The notes beneath the pieces were generated by a model. The model worked only from the letters and a program-made list of their open reading frames with translations, had not been told where the DNA came from and searched no databases. 39,567 bases of DNA. Source: Sandaracinaceae bacterium (GTDB lineage Bacteria; Myxococcota_A; Polyangia; Polyangiales; Sandaracinaceae). Location of the stretch: the NCBI GenBank assembly GCA_044220955.1, contig JBGAQA010000009.1, forward strand, positions 1 to 39,567, read 5' to 3'. A program made the translations under genes and the position numbers. Positions 29,258 to 38,014 of this stretch are shown in pieces; position 1 is the stretch's first letter, and every line of letters starts with the position of its first letter.

Positions 29258-29877
29258 CGGGGCCCGCGCTCGCTCTTTCTCACGACGAGCTTCAGCGCCG
29301 AGCGCGCAGCCGAGAACCGCGCGACCTTCACGTCGACGAGGCCCTCGGCGATCGCCGCGGCGCGCACGTCGTCCTCGCCGGGATCCTTCCGACCCTTCGG
29401 GTAGACGACCCAGAGCGCGAGCGCGTCACCGACCGCTCGCCGGATCTGCTTCAGGAGCCGGAGCTCGCTCGACGTCGAGATGCCACGCACGACGACGCCG
29501 GCGCCCGGACCGAGCGGAACGCGCACCACCCTCGCCGCCCGGAGCGCCGCGTCGAACTCTGCCTCGTCGTCGAGCCCGGCGACGTGCACCCGGCTGCCCC
29601 TCGCGATGCCGAGCTTGTCGAGCAGCGTGGGTGGCGAGGTGATCCTCTCGGCCCAGCCGGCACCGTCCTCGACCTCGAGCGCGTAGCGGTGCTCGTCGTG
29701 CTCGAACGAGAGGGTGAGCGCCGCGCCGCGCACGTTCCTCAGGTCGCGCAAGGCGAGCTTGCGTCGCTTCGGCTCGCCCGCGACCCGCAAGAAGAGCTCG
29801 TCCGTCTCGAGCAGCGCGTCGCCCGCGTGCGCGCGACCGTCGATCGTGATCGTCGTGCTCTTGGCCTCGCGTCCCAT
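29254..29877 (-). CDS. Hypothetical protein, C-terminal DUF3052-like domain
   Basis: LLDKLGI, LWVVYPKG and VRAAAIAEGLVDVKVARFS...ALKLV. Confidence 0.7.
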   Translation of the reverse strand: MGREAKSTTITIDGRAHAGDALLETDELFLRVAGEPKRRKLALRDLRNVRGAALTLSFEHDEHRYALEVEDGAGWAERITSPPTLLDKLGIARGSRVHVAGLDDEAEFDAALRAARVVRVPLGPGAGVVVRGISTSSELRLLKQIRRAVGDALALWVVYPKGRKDPGEDDVRAAAIAEGLVDVKVARFSAARSALKLVVRKSERGPR

Positions 29878-29881
29878 CGCG

Positions 29882-30112
29882 TCACCCGCCGTCCTCGGCG
29901 CGCTCGGCGATCACCGCCACGATCACCGCCTGCACGCTCCGCGCGTCGAGCCCGTTCAGGTGACCGAGGTCGTCGACGAGCTTGGGCAGGCCCGCCCTCA
30001 ACAGGCGCGGATGCGTGACGGGACACTCGAGCGATCCGTCGTGGACGCGGGCGAGCACGCGCTTGAGATCCTCCGTCGAGACGTGCCTGAGGCCCCCGCC
30101 GCCGAACCGCAT
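29882..30112 (-). CDS. Small hypothetical protein (about 76 aa)
   Basis: ATG 30112 with GTAGG upstream and high-GC3 codons. It is the first gene of the tesB-containing run. Confidence 0.65.
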   Translation of the reverse strand: MRFGGGGLRHVSTEDLKRVLARVHDGSLECPVTHPRLLRAGLPKLVDDLGHLNGLDARSVQAVIVAVIAERAEDGG

Positions 30113-30150
30113 GGCCGACCTACTACCACGGCCTGCCTCGTCGAGAGGCG

Positions 30151-30165
30151 CTGACAATCTGTCAG
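30151..30165. promoter_or_regulatory. Inverted repeat, candidate enhancer-binding-protein site
   Basis: CTGACA-ATC-TGTCAG, about 120 bp upstream of the -24/-12 element. Confidence 0.45.
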
Positions 30166-30282
30166 GCGCGAGCGGCAGCGCGCCGATCTCGCTGCCACGT
30201 TGTCCGATGGGCGACGCGAAATCGAGCTGTTCTCACGCGCGATCCACGCACGAATTCGTGGACCCAGATCGCCTTTCGAGCT

Positions 30283-30298
30283 AGGCACGGCCGTTGCT
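30283..30298 (+). promoter_or_regulatory. Sigma54 (-24/-12) promoter of the gsp operon
   Basis: AGGCAC-GGCCG-TTGCT matches TGGCAC-N5-TTGCW with exact GG-N10-GC spacing, about 75 nt upstream of gspC. Confidence 0.7.
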
Positions 30299-30372
30299 GG
30301 GTACCCCGTCGAGCACGGGGCACGCGCTGGGAATTCCAGGGCGAATCCGGGCGTCAGACGGCAGGCGAGGCA

Positions 30373-31425
30373 GTGGCCACGGTAGCGAGCGCGGGGCAGG
30401 GACGAGCACGGATCGCGATCACCCTCGCGACGCTGTCCGCGACCGCGTTCCTGTCGGCGCAGGGCACCACCCAGCTCGTCGCGTCGGCGTTCCTGGATGT
30501 CCCCGTCGAGGTCGCCGCGGCGCCGCCCGCGGCGAGCGCGACGGCGATCCAGCACACGCGCGACGGACATCCGCTCCTCTCGCACCAGATCTTCGACTCG
30601 GCGCTCGGCGAGATTCCCTGGGACGTGCCGGTGGTCGAGACGCCCGGCGGCTGCGAGACGGACGCCGACTGTGCGCCGGAGCAGACCTGCGTGGAGAACG
30701 CCTGCACGGGCGGCGAGGCCGCGCCGCCGACGACCACGTGGAGCCCGGGTGATCCGCAGCCGCCGCCCTGCGACGGATCGATCCGCCTCGTGGGCTCGTA
30801 CGTGCGTCACGCGACCCCGGACCAGTCGTTCGCCGCGATCACCGGCGCGACGGGCTCGTCGCTGCTCTACCGGGTGGGCATGGTCATCGACGAGCGGGTC
30901 GTCATCGCCGTGCAGCCGAACTTCGTCGTGCTGCGCCCGTCGACCGGCGTGCTCTGCTCGATCGGCATGTTCGGCGACGCACCGGCGATCGCCACCGCGC
31001 ACGCCGTGATCCCACCGCCCGTCGTCACACCCCCCGAGGCCGGCGGCGATCCCGCGCTCGGCATCAGCGCGCAAGAGATGGAGCAGAACATCCAGCAGAT
31101 CAGCGAGACGAGCTTCTCGATCAACCGCACGCTGGTCGATCGTCTGCTCGCCAACCAGGCCGCGCTGATGAGCGCAGCACGCGTGATCCCCCACGAAGAG
31201 GACGGTCACGTCGTCGGCGTGAAGATCTACGGCATCCGCCGCTCGAGCTTGCTCGGGCACCTCGGCATCCAGAACGGCGACATGCTCCGCACGCTCAACG
31301 GTTTCGACCTCACCGACCCGACTGCGGTGCTCGACGCGTACAGCCGTCTGCGCACCTCCGACTCCCTCTCGATCAGCATGGTGCGTCGCGGACAGCCCGT
31401 GACCGTCGACTACGCGATTCACTGA
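30373..31425 (+). CDS. gspC: Type II secretion protein GspC (TM, HR domain, PDZ)
   Basis: N-terminal TM, HR-like RLVGS..SFAAI..YRVG..VIAVQPNFVVL, and C-terminal PDZ GVKIYGIRRSSLLGHLGIQNGDMLRTLNG. Lies directly before gspD. Confidence 0.88.
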   Translation: MATVASAGQGRARIAITLATLSATAFLSAQGTTQLVASAFLDVPVEVAAAPPAASATAIQHTRDGHPLLSHQIFDSALGEIPWDVPVVETPGGCETDADCAPEQTCVENACTGGEAAPPTTTWSPGDPQPPPCDGSIRLVGSYVRHATPDQSFAAITGATGSSLLYRVGMVIDERVVIAVQPNFVVLRPSTGVLCSIGMFGDAPAIATAHAVIPPPVVTPPEAGGDPALGISAQEMEQNIQQISETSFSINRTLVDRLLANQAALMSAARVIPHEEDGHVVGVKIYGIRRSSLLGHLGIQNGDMLRTLNGFDLTDPTAVLDAYSRLRTSDSLSISMVRRGQPVTVDYAIH

Positions 31426-31436
31426 ACTGGACCCAC

Positions 31437-33992
31437 ATGAAGCTCAAGGTCGCGATCCCCATCCTGCTCACCTCGGCCTCCGTGATGGTCTCCGGGCTCG
31501 CGTCGTACGCGCTGTCCACGGCCCAGGCGCAGCCGCCGATCGTGCTCCCTCCGCCGACGCCACCCGGTGGCGAGGGCGGCGACGGCACGAAGGTCACCCC
31601 CTTCCGCACCGGGCTCGAGGACACGGACACGACGACCACGCCGCCGGGCGCGCGCGTCTCGTTCAACCTCGAGGACGCCGACCTGCCCGACCTCGTGCGC
31701 ATCGTGGCGCGCATCACGGGCAAGCGCTTCATCCTCCCGAGCAAGGCGCGCTCGATCAAGGCCACCGTGTACTCGCCGACCGACGTGACCGCGGCGGAGG
31801 CGTACCAGGCGTTCCTCTCGATCCTCGACCTCAACGGCCTGACGCTCGAGCCCTCCGGCCGCTACTACAAGATCGTCGAGACGACGGCGTCCGAGACGCA
31901 CGTACTGCCCCTCTACGAGGACGGCCAGACGATGCCCGCCGACGATCGCTACGTCACGCGCATGCATCGCCTCGAGCACGTCGCGGCCGAGGACGTCGCC
32001 ACGCTGCTCGGCCACTTCAAGAGCGCGGAGGGCGCGATCACGGCGTATGCGCCGACCAACACCCTGATCATCACGGACACCGCGGCGAACGTGCGGCGCA
32101 TGCTCGGGATCATCTCGCAGGTCGACGTCGCGCGGACCGGTGAGCAGATATGGATCGAGCCTGTCCACTACGCGGTCGCGACCGATCTGGTCGAGGTGCT
32201 GACGGAGATGTTCCCACCGGAGGACGGTGAGGGTGGCGGCGACGCGACGAAGGCCGGCGGACATCGCACGCCACGCCCCGGCAAGGCGCCGGTCACCCGC
32301 GAGGGCGAGGCCGCGCCCGAGGGCGGGGGTGGCACCGTCGGTGCGTCGGCAGGCGGCGAGGCGCGCGTCGGCAACATCCTCGCCGACGAGCGGACGAACT
32401 CGCTGATCCTCATCGCGACCGAGCGTGCGTACCTGCAGATCCTCGAGGCGGTCCGCATCCTCGACGTGCCGGTCGACGACGAGGGGTCCGTGCACGTGTA
32501 CGAGCTGCAGTACGCGGACGCCGAGAACATGGCCGACGTGCTCTCGTCGCTCGTCGGCGGCGGTGGCGGCGGAGCGAGCGCGACGAAGTCGGCCGACGGC
32601 GGCGGCAGCGCGGGCTCGATCACCGGCGGCGACGTCGGCATCCAGGCCTACAAGGAGACCAACTCCCTGATCATCACGGCGTCGCAGAGCGACTACGCGG
32701 CGCTCAGACGCGTGCTCGAGGAGCTCGACATCCCGCCGCGGCAGGTCTTCATCGAGGCCGTGATCATGGAGCTGCAGGTGCAGCGCACGGGGAGGCTGGG
32801 CTTCAACTTCCACGGCGGCCTGCAGGACCCCTCGTTCCCGGAGGGTCAGGGCTTCTCGGTGCTCGGCTTCGGCGCCGCCACCTCGCTCGGCATCGGCACG
32901 CCCGCGATGCTCGCCGGAGACACCCTCACCGGGCTCGCGCTCGGCGTGCGTGGCCCGACGGTCACGCCGGTGCCCGGGCTCTCGATCCCGAGCTTCGGCG
33001 CGATCCTCACGGCGATCGCGACGAGCTCCGACGTCGACGTGCTCGCCACGCCCCACCTGCTCGCGATGGACAACATCGAGGCGGAGATCACCGTCGGCTC
33101 GAACATCCCGCTGCAACAGAACGGCATCGGCGGTCTCGGCGGTGTGGGCGGCCTCGGTGCGCTCGGCGGCCTCGCCGGGCTCGCGGGCGGCCTCGGCCAG
33201 ACCGGTGCGACGGGCGCCACGGGCCTCGGTGCGCTCGGCGCGCTCGGCGGTCTCGCGGGCGGCCTGGGCGGAGGCCTCGGCGGCATGGGTGGCATGGGCA
33301 TGGGCGCGGGCGGGCGCCAGAACGTCGGCACGACGATCCGGATCACGCCCCACATCAACGACGCGGGCGAGATCCGCCTCGAGATCGAGGAGGAGATCAG
33401 CGAGGCCGGCGCGCCCCAGGGCTCCCTCGGCGTCGTCCCCATCCAGCAGCGCGTCGCCAAGACGCAGGTGCTCGTGCGCGACCAGCAGACGGTCGTCATC
33501 GGCGGCCTCATGCGCGACCGCGTCGCGACGACCGAGGACAAGATCCCGATCCTCGGCGACATCCCGATCATCGGCGCGCTCTTCCGGCGCGAGTCGCGCA
33601 CGACCGAGAAGACGAACCTGCTGCTCTTCCTGACGCCCTACATCATCCGCAGCGCGGACGACCTCCGCTCGATCTTCGAGCGCAAGATGCGCGAGCGGCA
33701 GGAGTTCCTCGACCGCTACTTCGTGTTCGGCGACCACGACTACGAGCCGGTGCTCGACTTCTCGCGCACGAGAGGCCTGGTGCTCGAGATCTTCAACGAG
33801 CTGAACACGATCGACGAGGAGAGAGACCTCGCCGAGCAGCTCGCCGAGCAGCCGCCGCCCGATCACCATGCGCGCGCGCCGCTCGGCGAGGCCGAGCCGT
33901 ACGACCCGCGAGAGGGAGACCTCGTCATCTCGCCCGACGGGGAAGAGACGATCCACGGGACCGTCGTCGAGGGCGACGCGCCCCAGCAATAG
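31437..33992 (+). CDS. gspD: Type II secretion secretin GspD
   Basis: Signal peptide, N0-N3 domains (FNLEDADL, TNTLII, DERTNSLI, ETNSLII), LDIPPRQVFIEAVIME, KIPILGDIPIIGALFR and LLLFLTPYII. Confidence 0.95.
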   Translation: MKLKVAIPILLTSASVMVSGLASYALSTAQAQPPIVLPPPTPPGGEGGDGTKVTPFRTGLEDTDTTTTPPGARVSFNLEDADLPDLVRIVARITGKRFILPSKARSIKATVYSPTDVTAAEAYQAFLSILDLNGLTLEPSGRYYKIVETTASETHVLPLYEDGQTMPADDRYVTRMHRLEHVAAEDVATLLGHFKSAEGAITAYAPTNTLIITDTAANVRRMLGIISQVDVARTGEQIWIEPVHYAVATDLVEVLTEMFPPEDGEGGGDATKAGGHRTPRPGKAPVTREGEAAPEGGGGTVGASAGGEARVGNILADERTNSLILIATERAYLQILEAVRILDVPVDDEGSVHVYELQYADAENMADVLSSLVGGGGGGASATKSADGGGSAGSITGGDVGIQAYKETNSLIITASQSDYAALRRVLEELDIPPRQVFIEAVIMELQVQRTGRLGFNFHGGLQDPSFPEGQGFSVLGFGAATSLGIGTPAMLAGDTLTGLALGVRGPTVTPVPGLSIPSFGAILTAIATSSDVDVLATPHLLAMDNIEAEITVGSNIPLQQNGIGGLGGVGGLGALGGLAGLAGGLGQTGATGATGLGALGALGGLAGGLGGGLGGMGGMGMGAGGRQNVGTTIRITPHINDAGEIRLEIEEEISEAGAPQGSLGVVPIQQRVAKTQVLVRDQQTVVIGGLMRDRVATTEDKIPILGDIPIIGALFRRESRTTEKTNLLLFLTPYIIRSADDLRSIFERKMRERQEFLDRYFVFGDHDYEPVLDFSRTRGLVLEIFNELNTIDEERDLAEQLAEQPPPDHHARAPLGEAEPYDPREGDLVISPDGEETIHGTVVEGDAPQQ

Positions 33993-33998
33993 GCGGCC

Positions 33999-35852
33999 AT
34001 GGACGCTCAGCGTTACGTCGGTGAGATCCTCGTCAGGCGCGGCGCCATCGCGGCGGATCGCCTCGAGGATCTCCTGCGTACCGCGAGCGAGCGCGACGCG
34101 TCGATCCTCGACGTGCTGAGCGCCAACCGCGAGACGGACGGGGCGACCGTCGTGCGAGCGCTCGCCGACGAGGTCGGGATTCCCTTCGTCGACAAGATCC
34201 GGAACGAGGACATCCCGGCGACGCTCGTCGAGCGGATCCCGATCAGCTTCGCGCGCCAGCATCGCCTGCTCGGTCTCGCCGAGGAGGGTGAGCGCGGTCC
34301 GGTGCGGGTCGCGGTCGCGAACCCGCTCGACCCGACGCCGCTCGACGATCTCCGCGCGCTGCTGGGCCGCGAGTGCATCCCGGTCGCGGCGAGCTCCGAG
34401 GCGATCGAGGACGCGATCAACCGCGTCTACGAGCGCAAGGACGAGAGCGCCCTCGGCGAGGCCAAGGCCGGCGAGGAGGTCGAGGAGCTGCAGGACCTGC
34501 TCGACATGACGGACGAGGCGCCCGTCATCCGCTGGGTCAACAACCTCTTCTACACGGCGTCGCAGCAGCGCGCGTCCGACATCCACATCGAGCCCTCCGA
34601 GAAGGAGGTCGTGGTTCGCTATCGCATCGACGGAAACCTCGTCGTCGCGAAGACGGCGCACAAGGGCTTCCACAAGTCGATCGTCAGCCGCGTGAAGATC
34701 GAGGCGAACCTCAACATCGCCGAGACGCGCCTGCCGCAGGACGGCCGCATCACCAAGAAGATCCAGGGCCGCATGATCGACGTGCGCGTCTCGACGATCC
34801 CGCAGACCAAGGGCGAGCGGATCGTCATGCGCCTCCTCGACAAGGAGAAGGTGCTCCTCGACCTGACCGATCTCGGCTACGCGGGCGCGCAGCTCGAGAC
34901 GATCCAGCACCTGATCACGCGCCCGAACGGGATCATCCTCGTCACGGGTCCGACGGGCAGCGGCAAGACGACGACGCTCTACGCGTGCCTCGCGCGCATC
35001 AACACGCCCGACCTGAACATCCTCACGGCCGAGGATCCCGTCGAGTACGAGCTCAAGGGCATCGGCCAGATGCACGTCCAGGCCAAGATCGGCCTCACCT
35101 TCGCCGCCGCGCTCCGTGCCTTCCTCCGCCAGGACCCGGACGTGATCATGGTCGGCGAGATCCGCGACCACGAGACGGCCGAGATCGCGATCCACGCCTC
35201 GCTCACCGGCCACCTCGTGCTGAGCACCATCCACACGAACGACGCCGCCGGCGCGATCACGCGCCTCGGCGAGATGGGCGTCGAGCACTACCTCATCACG
35301 AGCTCGCTGCTCGCGGTGATCGCCCAGCGCCTCGTGCGCCGCCTCTGCCCGAAGTGCCGCCAGCCCTACGAGCCGACCGACTCGGACCTGCGTCAGCTCG
35401 GCGTCGAGCGCAGCAAGCTCGGAGATCTGCTCAGCTCGACCGGCGTGCAGTCGTTTCGAGGGATGGGGAACGAGGACGAGGCCGTCCCCGACCTCACCGA
35501 CGAGCTCGTGCAGGGCGAGTGGGCGCCCGAGCCCACGGTGGTGCGGGCGCCGGCAGCGAACGGCCACGCCGGCAAGGCCAGCGCGCTCCGCCCCGTGTTC
35601 TATCGCGCGATCGGCTGCGAGGAGTGCAGCGGCACCGGCTACCGCGGCCGCGTCGCGATCGCCGAGATCCTCATCATCGACGACCCGGTGCGGCGCGAGA
35701 TCTTGAACAAGAGCGACGCGGGCCAGGTCACGCGCGTCGCGGCGTCGCGCGGCATGCGTACGCTCCGCGAAGACGGCGCGCGCATGGTGCTCACCGGCAC
35801 GACCAGCCTCGAGGAAGTCCTGGCAGCCACGCAGGCCGGAGAGGTCGAATGA
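33999..35852 (+). CDS. gspE: Type II secretion ATPase GspE
   Basis: ASDIHIEP, RLPQDGRI, Walker A GPTGSGKTT, EDPVEY, LRQDPDVIMVGEIRD, TGHLVLSTIH and two CxxC pairs. Confidence 0.96.
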   Translation: MDAQRYVGEILVRRGAIAADRLEDLLRTASERDASILDVLSANRETDGATVVRALADEVGIPFVDKIRNEDIPATLVERIPISFARQHRLLGLAEEGERGPVRVAVANPLDPTPLDDLRALLGRECIPVAASSEAIEDAINRVYERKDESALGEAKAGEEVEELQDLLDMTDEAPVIRWVNNLFYTASQQRASDIHIEPSEKEVVVRYRIDGNLVVAKTAHKGFHKSIVSRVKIEANLNIAETRLPQDGRITKKIQGRMIDVRVSTIPQTKGERIVMRLLDKEKVLLDLTDLGYAGAQLETIQHLITRPNGIILVTGPTGSGKTTTLYACLARINTPDLNILTAEDPVEYELKGIGQMHVQAKIGLTFAAALRAFLRQDPDVIMVGEIRDHETAEIAIHASLTGHLVLSTIHTNDAAGAITRLGEMGVEHYLITSSLLAVIAQRLVRRLCPKCRQPYEPTDSDLRQLGVERSKLGDLLSSTGVQSFRGMGNEDEAVPDLTDELVQGEWAPEPTVVRAPAANGHAGKASALRPVFYRAIGCEECSGTGYRGRVAIAEILIIDDPVRREILNKSDAGQVTRVAASRGMRTLREDGARMVLTGTTSLEEVLAATQAGEVE

Positions 35853-35877
35853 CCCATCGCCTGAAGGCTGGTCGGCC

Positions 35878-37101
35878 ATGACGGTCTTCGCCTGGAAGGG
35901 CCTGAACCCGGGCGGCCGCGAGGTGAAGGGCGTCCGCGATGCGGACAACCTCAAGGTGCTGCGCGGCCTGCTCAAGCGCGAGGGCATCCTGCTCACCTCG
36001 GCGCTCGAGGAGGCCGAGGCCAAGAAGCAGAGCGCGCGCAACGTCGACTTCGGGCGCTACTTCCGGCGCGTCACGGTCCTCGATCTCTCGATGATGACGC
36101 GACAGTTCGCGACGCTGCTCAAGAGTGGTGTGCCGCTGGTCGAGTCGATGAGCGCGCTCATCGACCAGATGGAGAACGAGGAGCTGAAGAACGCGCTCAC
36201 GCAGACGCGCGATCGCGTCAACGAGGGAAGCTCGCTCCACGCCGCGCTGAGACAGCACGAGAAGATCTTCCCGACGCTCTACGTGAACATGGTGGAGGCG
36301 GGTGAGGCGTCCGGCACGCTCGAGGTGGTGCTCGCGCGCCTCGCCGACTTCCTCGAGGCGCAGAACAAGCTCAACAACAAGGTGTACGCGGCCCTCGCCT
36401 ACCCGGCCTTCATGGCGCTGATGGGCATGATCACCATCACCATCATGATGGTCGTCGTCGTGCCGAAGGTGACCTCGATCTTCGAGGACTTCGAGCACGC
36501 GCTGCCCTGGTACACGCGGCTTCTCATCGTGATGAGCGACATCTTCGTCAACTACTGGTGGGCGCTCATCGGCGGCACCGTCGGATCGGTCTACGGGTTC
36601 CGCCGCTGGCGCGCCACGCCCGAGGGCCGCGCGCGCTGGGACCGCTGGGTCCTCACCCTCCCGCTCTTCGGCAAGCTCCTGATGATGGTCGCCGTCGCGC
36701 GCTTCTCGCGCACGCTCTCGACCCTGCTCAAGAGCGGCGTACCCCTGCTCCGGGCGATGGAGATCACGCGAAACGTCCTCGGCAACGTCGAGCTGATGCG
36801 CATCGTCGAGGAGGCGGGCCAGTCGATCCGTGAGGGCGAGAGCATCGCGGCGCCGCTCAAGCGGAGCGGGAAGTTCCCGCCCATCGTCACCCACATGATC
36901 GCGATCGGCGAGCGCTCGGGTCAGCTCGAGGAGATGCTCGAGAACGTGGCGACGGCCTACGACTCGCAGGTCGAGACGCGCGTACAGACGATGACCGCGC
37001 TTCTCGAGCCGATGATGATCGTCGTGATGGGCGGGATCTCGGGCTCGATCGCCTTCGCGATCCTGATGCCGCTCATGCAGATCAACGAGTTCGTGCAGTG
37101 A
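35878..37101 (+). CDS. gspF: Type II secretion inner-membrane platform protein GspF
   Basis: TRQFATLLKSGVPL, AGEASGTL, ALAYP, FSRTLSTLLKSGVPLL, GERSGQLEEML and LLEPMMI. Confidence 0.96.
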   Translation: MTVFAWKGLNPGGREVKGVRDADNLKVLRGLLKREGILLTSALEEAEAKKQSARNVDFGRYFRRVTVLDLSMMTRQFATLLKSGVPLVESMSALIDQMENEELKNALTQTRDRVNEGSSLHAALRQHEKIFPTLYVNMVEAGEASGTLEVVLARLADFLEAQNKLNNKVYAALAYPAFMALMGMITITIMMVVVVPKVTSIFEDFEHALPWYTRLLIVMSDIFVNYWWALIGGTVGSVYGFRRWRATPEGRARWDRWVLTLPLFGKLLMMVAVARFSRTLSTLLKSGVPLLRAMEITRNVLGNVELMRIVEEAGQSIREGESIAAPLKRSGKFPPIVTHMIAIGERSGQLEEMLENVATAYDSQVETRVQTMTALLEPMMIVVMGGISGSIAFAILMPLMQINEFVQ

Positions 37102-37108
37102 CGGAGCG

Positions 37109-37537
37109 ATGGCCAAGGCACGCGAAAAGACCCGTCAGGTCACGCTCCCCTGGGAGCCGCGGGTGGGGCTCGTCCGCGATCTGCTCTCCGGGCGTCGGAT
37201 CCGGCTCGTGCCGGTCGCGCTGGTCGTCCTGGCGGCGCTCGGCTTCGTGGCGAACCACGCGATCGAGCAGCGCGACCTCGATCGCACGCGTGACGTCATC
37301 GACCGTACGCACCGCGCCATCGCGCACTTTCGCGCCGACATGGGCCGCTGCCCCAGCACGATCCGGGAGCTCGTGCATCCGCCGCGTTCGGGCGCTCGCT
37401 ACCTGCAAGCGGAGCCACTCGACGCGTGGGGCCACGCGCTCTGGGTGCGCTGCCCGGGTCGCTACGACCCCGACGGGGAAGACGTCGTCTCGGCAGGGCC
37501 GAGCGGGAACTTCTTGGACGACACCACCGTTTGGTGA
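37109..37537 (+). CDS. GspG-like pseudopilin-domain protein lacking a prepilin cleavage motif (142 aa)
   Basis: GGAG SD and one TM. AIAHFRADMGRCPSTIRELV...YL...PLDAWGH...VVSAGPSG resembles the T2SS G domain. No G/FTLxE motif. Confidence 0.75.
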   Translation: MAKAREKTRQVTLPWEPRVGLVRDLLSGRRIRLVPVALVVLAALGFVANHAIEQRDLDRTRDVIDRTHRAIAHFRADMGRCPSTIRELVHPPRSGARYLQAEPLDAWGHALWVRCPGRYDPDGEDVVSAGPSGNFLDDTTVW

Positions 37538-37588
37538 CGAGGCGTTTGGTGTGACGAGGCGTTCGGTGTGACGAGGCGTTTGGTGACG
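37528..37588 (+). repeat. Tandem repeat, four copies of CGTT(T/C)GGT(GT)GACGAGG (15-17 bp; last copy partial)
   Basis: Units at 37528-37542, 37543-37559, 37560-37576 and 37577-37588. Confidence 0.9.
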
Positions 37589-37600
37589 GAGACATCCGGG

Positions 37601-38011
37601 ATGAAGAAGAACATGCAGAAGCAGATCGTTCGCGCCACCCGCGCTGCCCGACGGCGCCGCCGCCGGGAAGGCATGACGCTGGTCGAGATCATGATCGTCG
37701 TCATCATCATGGCGCTGATCGCCACGGCCGTCGGCGTCGCGGTGCTGCCCGCGCTGTCGCGCGCGCGCGTCAACCAGACGCGCTCGGACGGACAGGCCGT
37801 CCGCTCGGCCGTGCTCCTCTACCTGGGACAGGAGCCGGGCGCGGACTGCCCGTCCATGGACCAGCTCGTCGAGTCCGGCACGATCGACCACTCCCGCCGC
37901 ACCACCGACGCGTGGGACAACCCCTTCCTCATCGAGTGCGACGGCGACGACATCATCGTCCGCTCCAACGGTCCCGACGGCAATCCCGGCACCGAGGACG
38001 ACATCGAGTAG
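37601..38011 (+). CDS. gspG: Major pseudopilin GspG (136 aa precursor)
   Basis: GGAG SD at 37588-37591. Basic leader RRRRRREG/MTLVEIMIVVIIMALIA, DAWDNPF and C-terminal SNGPDGNPGTEDDI. Confidence 0.88.
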   Translation: MKKNMQKQIVRATRAARRRRRREGMTLVEIMIVVIIMALIATAVGVAVLPALSRARVNQTRSDGQAVRSAVLLYLGQEPGADCPSMDQLVESGTIDHSRRTTDAWDNPFLIECDGDDIIVRSNGPDGNPGTEDDIE

Positions 38012-38014
38012 GCG

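Noticed and set aside
31419..36041. 1540-aa minus-strand ORF
   Set aside because: Antisense shadow of gspD/E/F caused by high-GC codon bias, with no recognisable motifs.
37528..37588. Possible mini-CRISPR array
   Set aside because: The units are contiguous, only 15-17 bp, have no unique spacers, and no cas genes are present.
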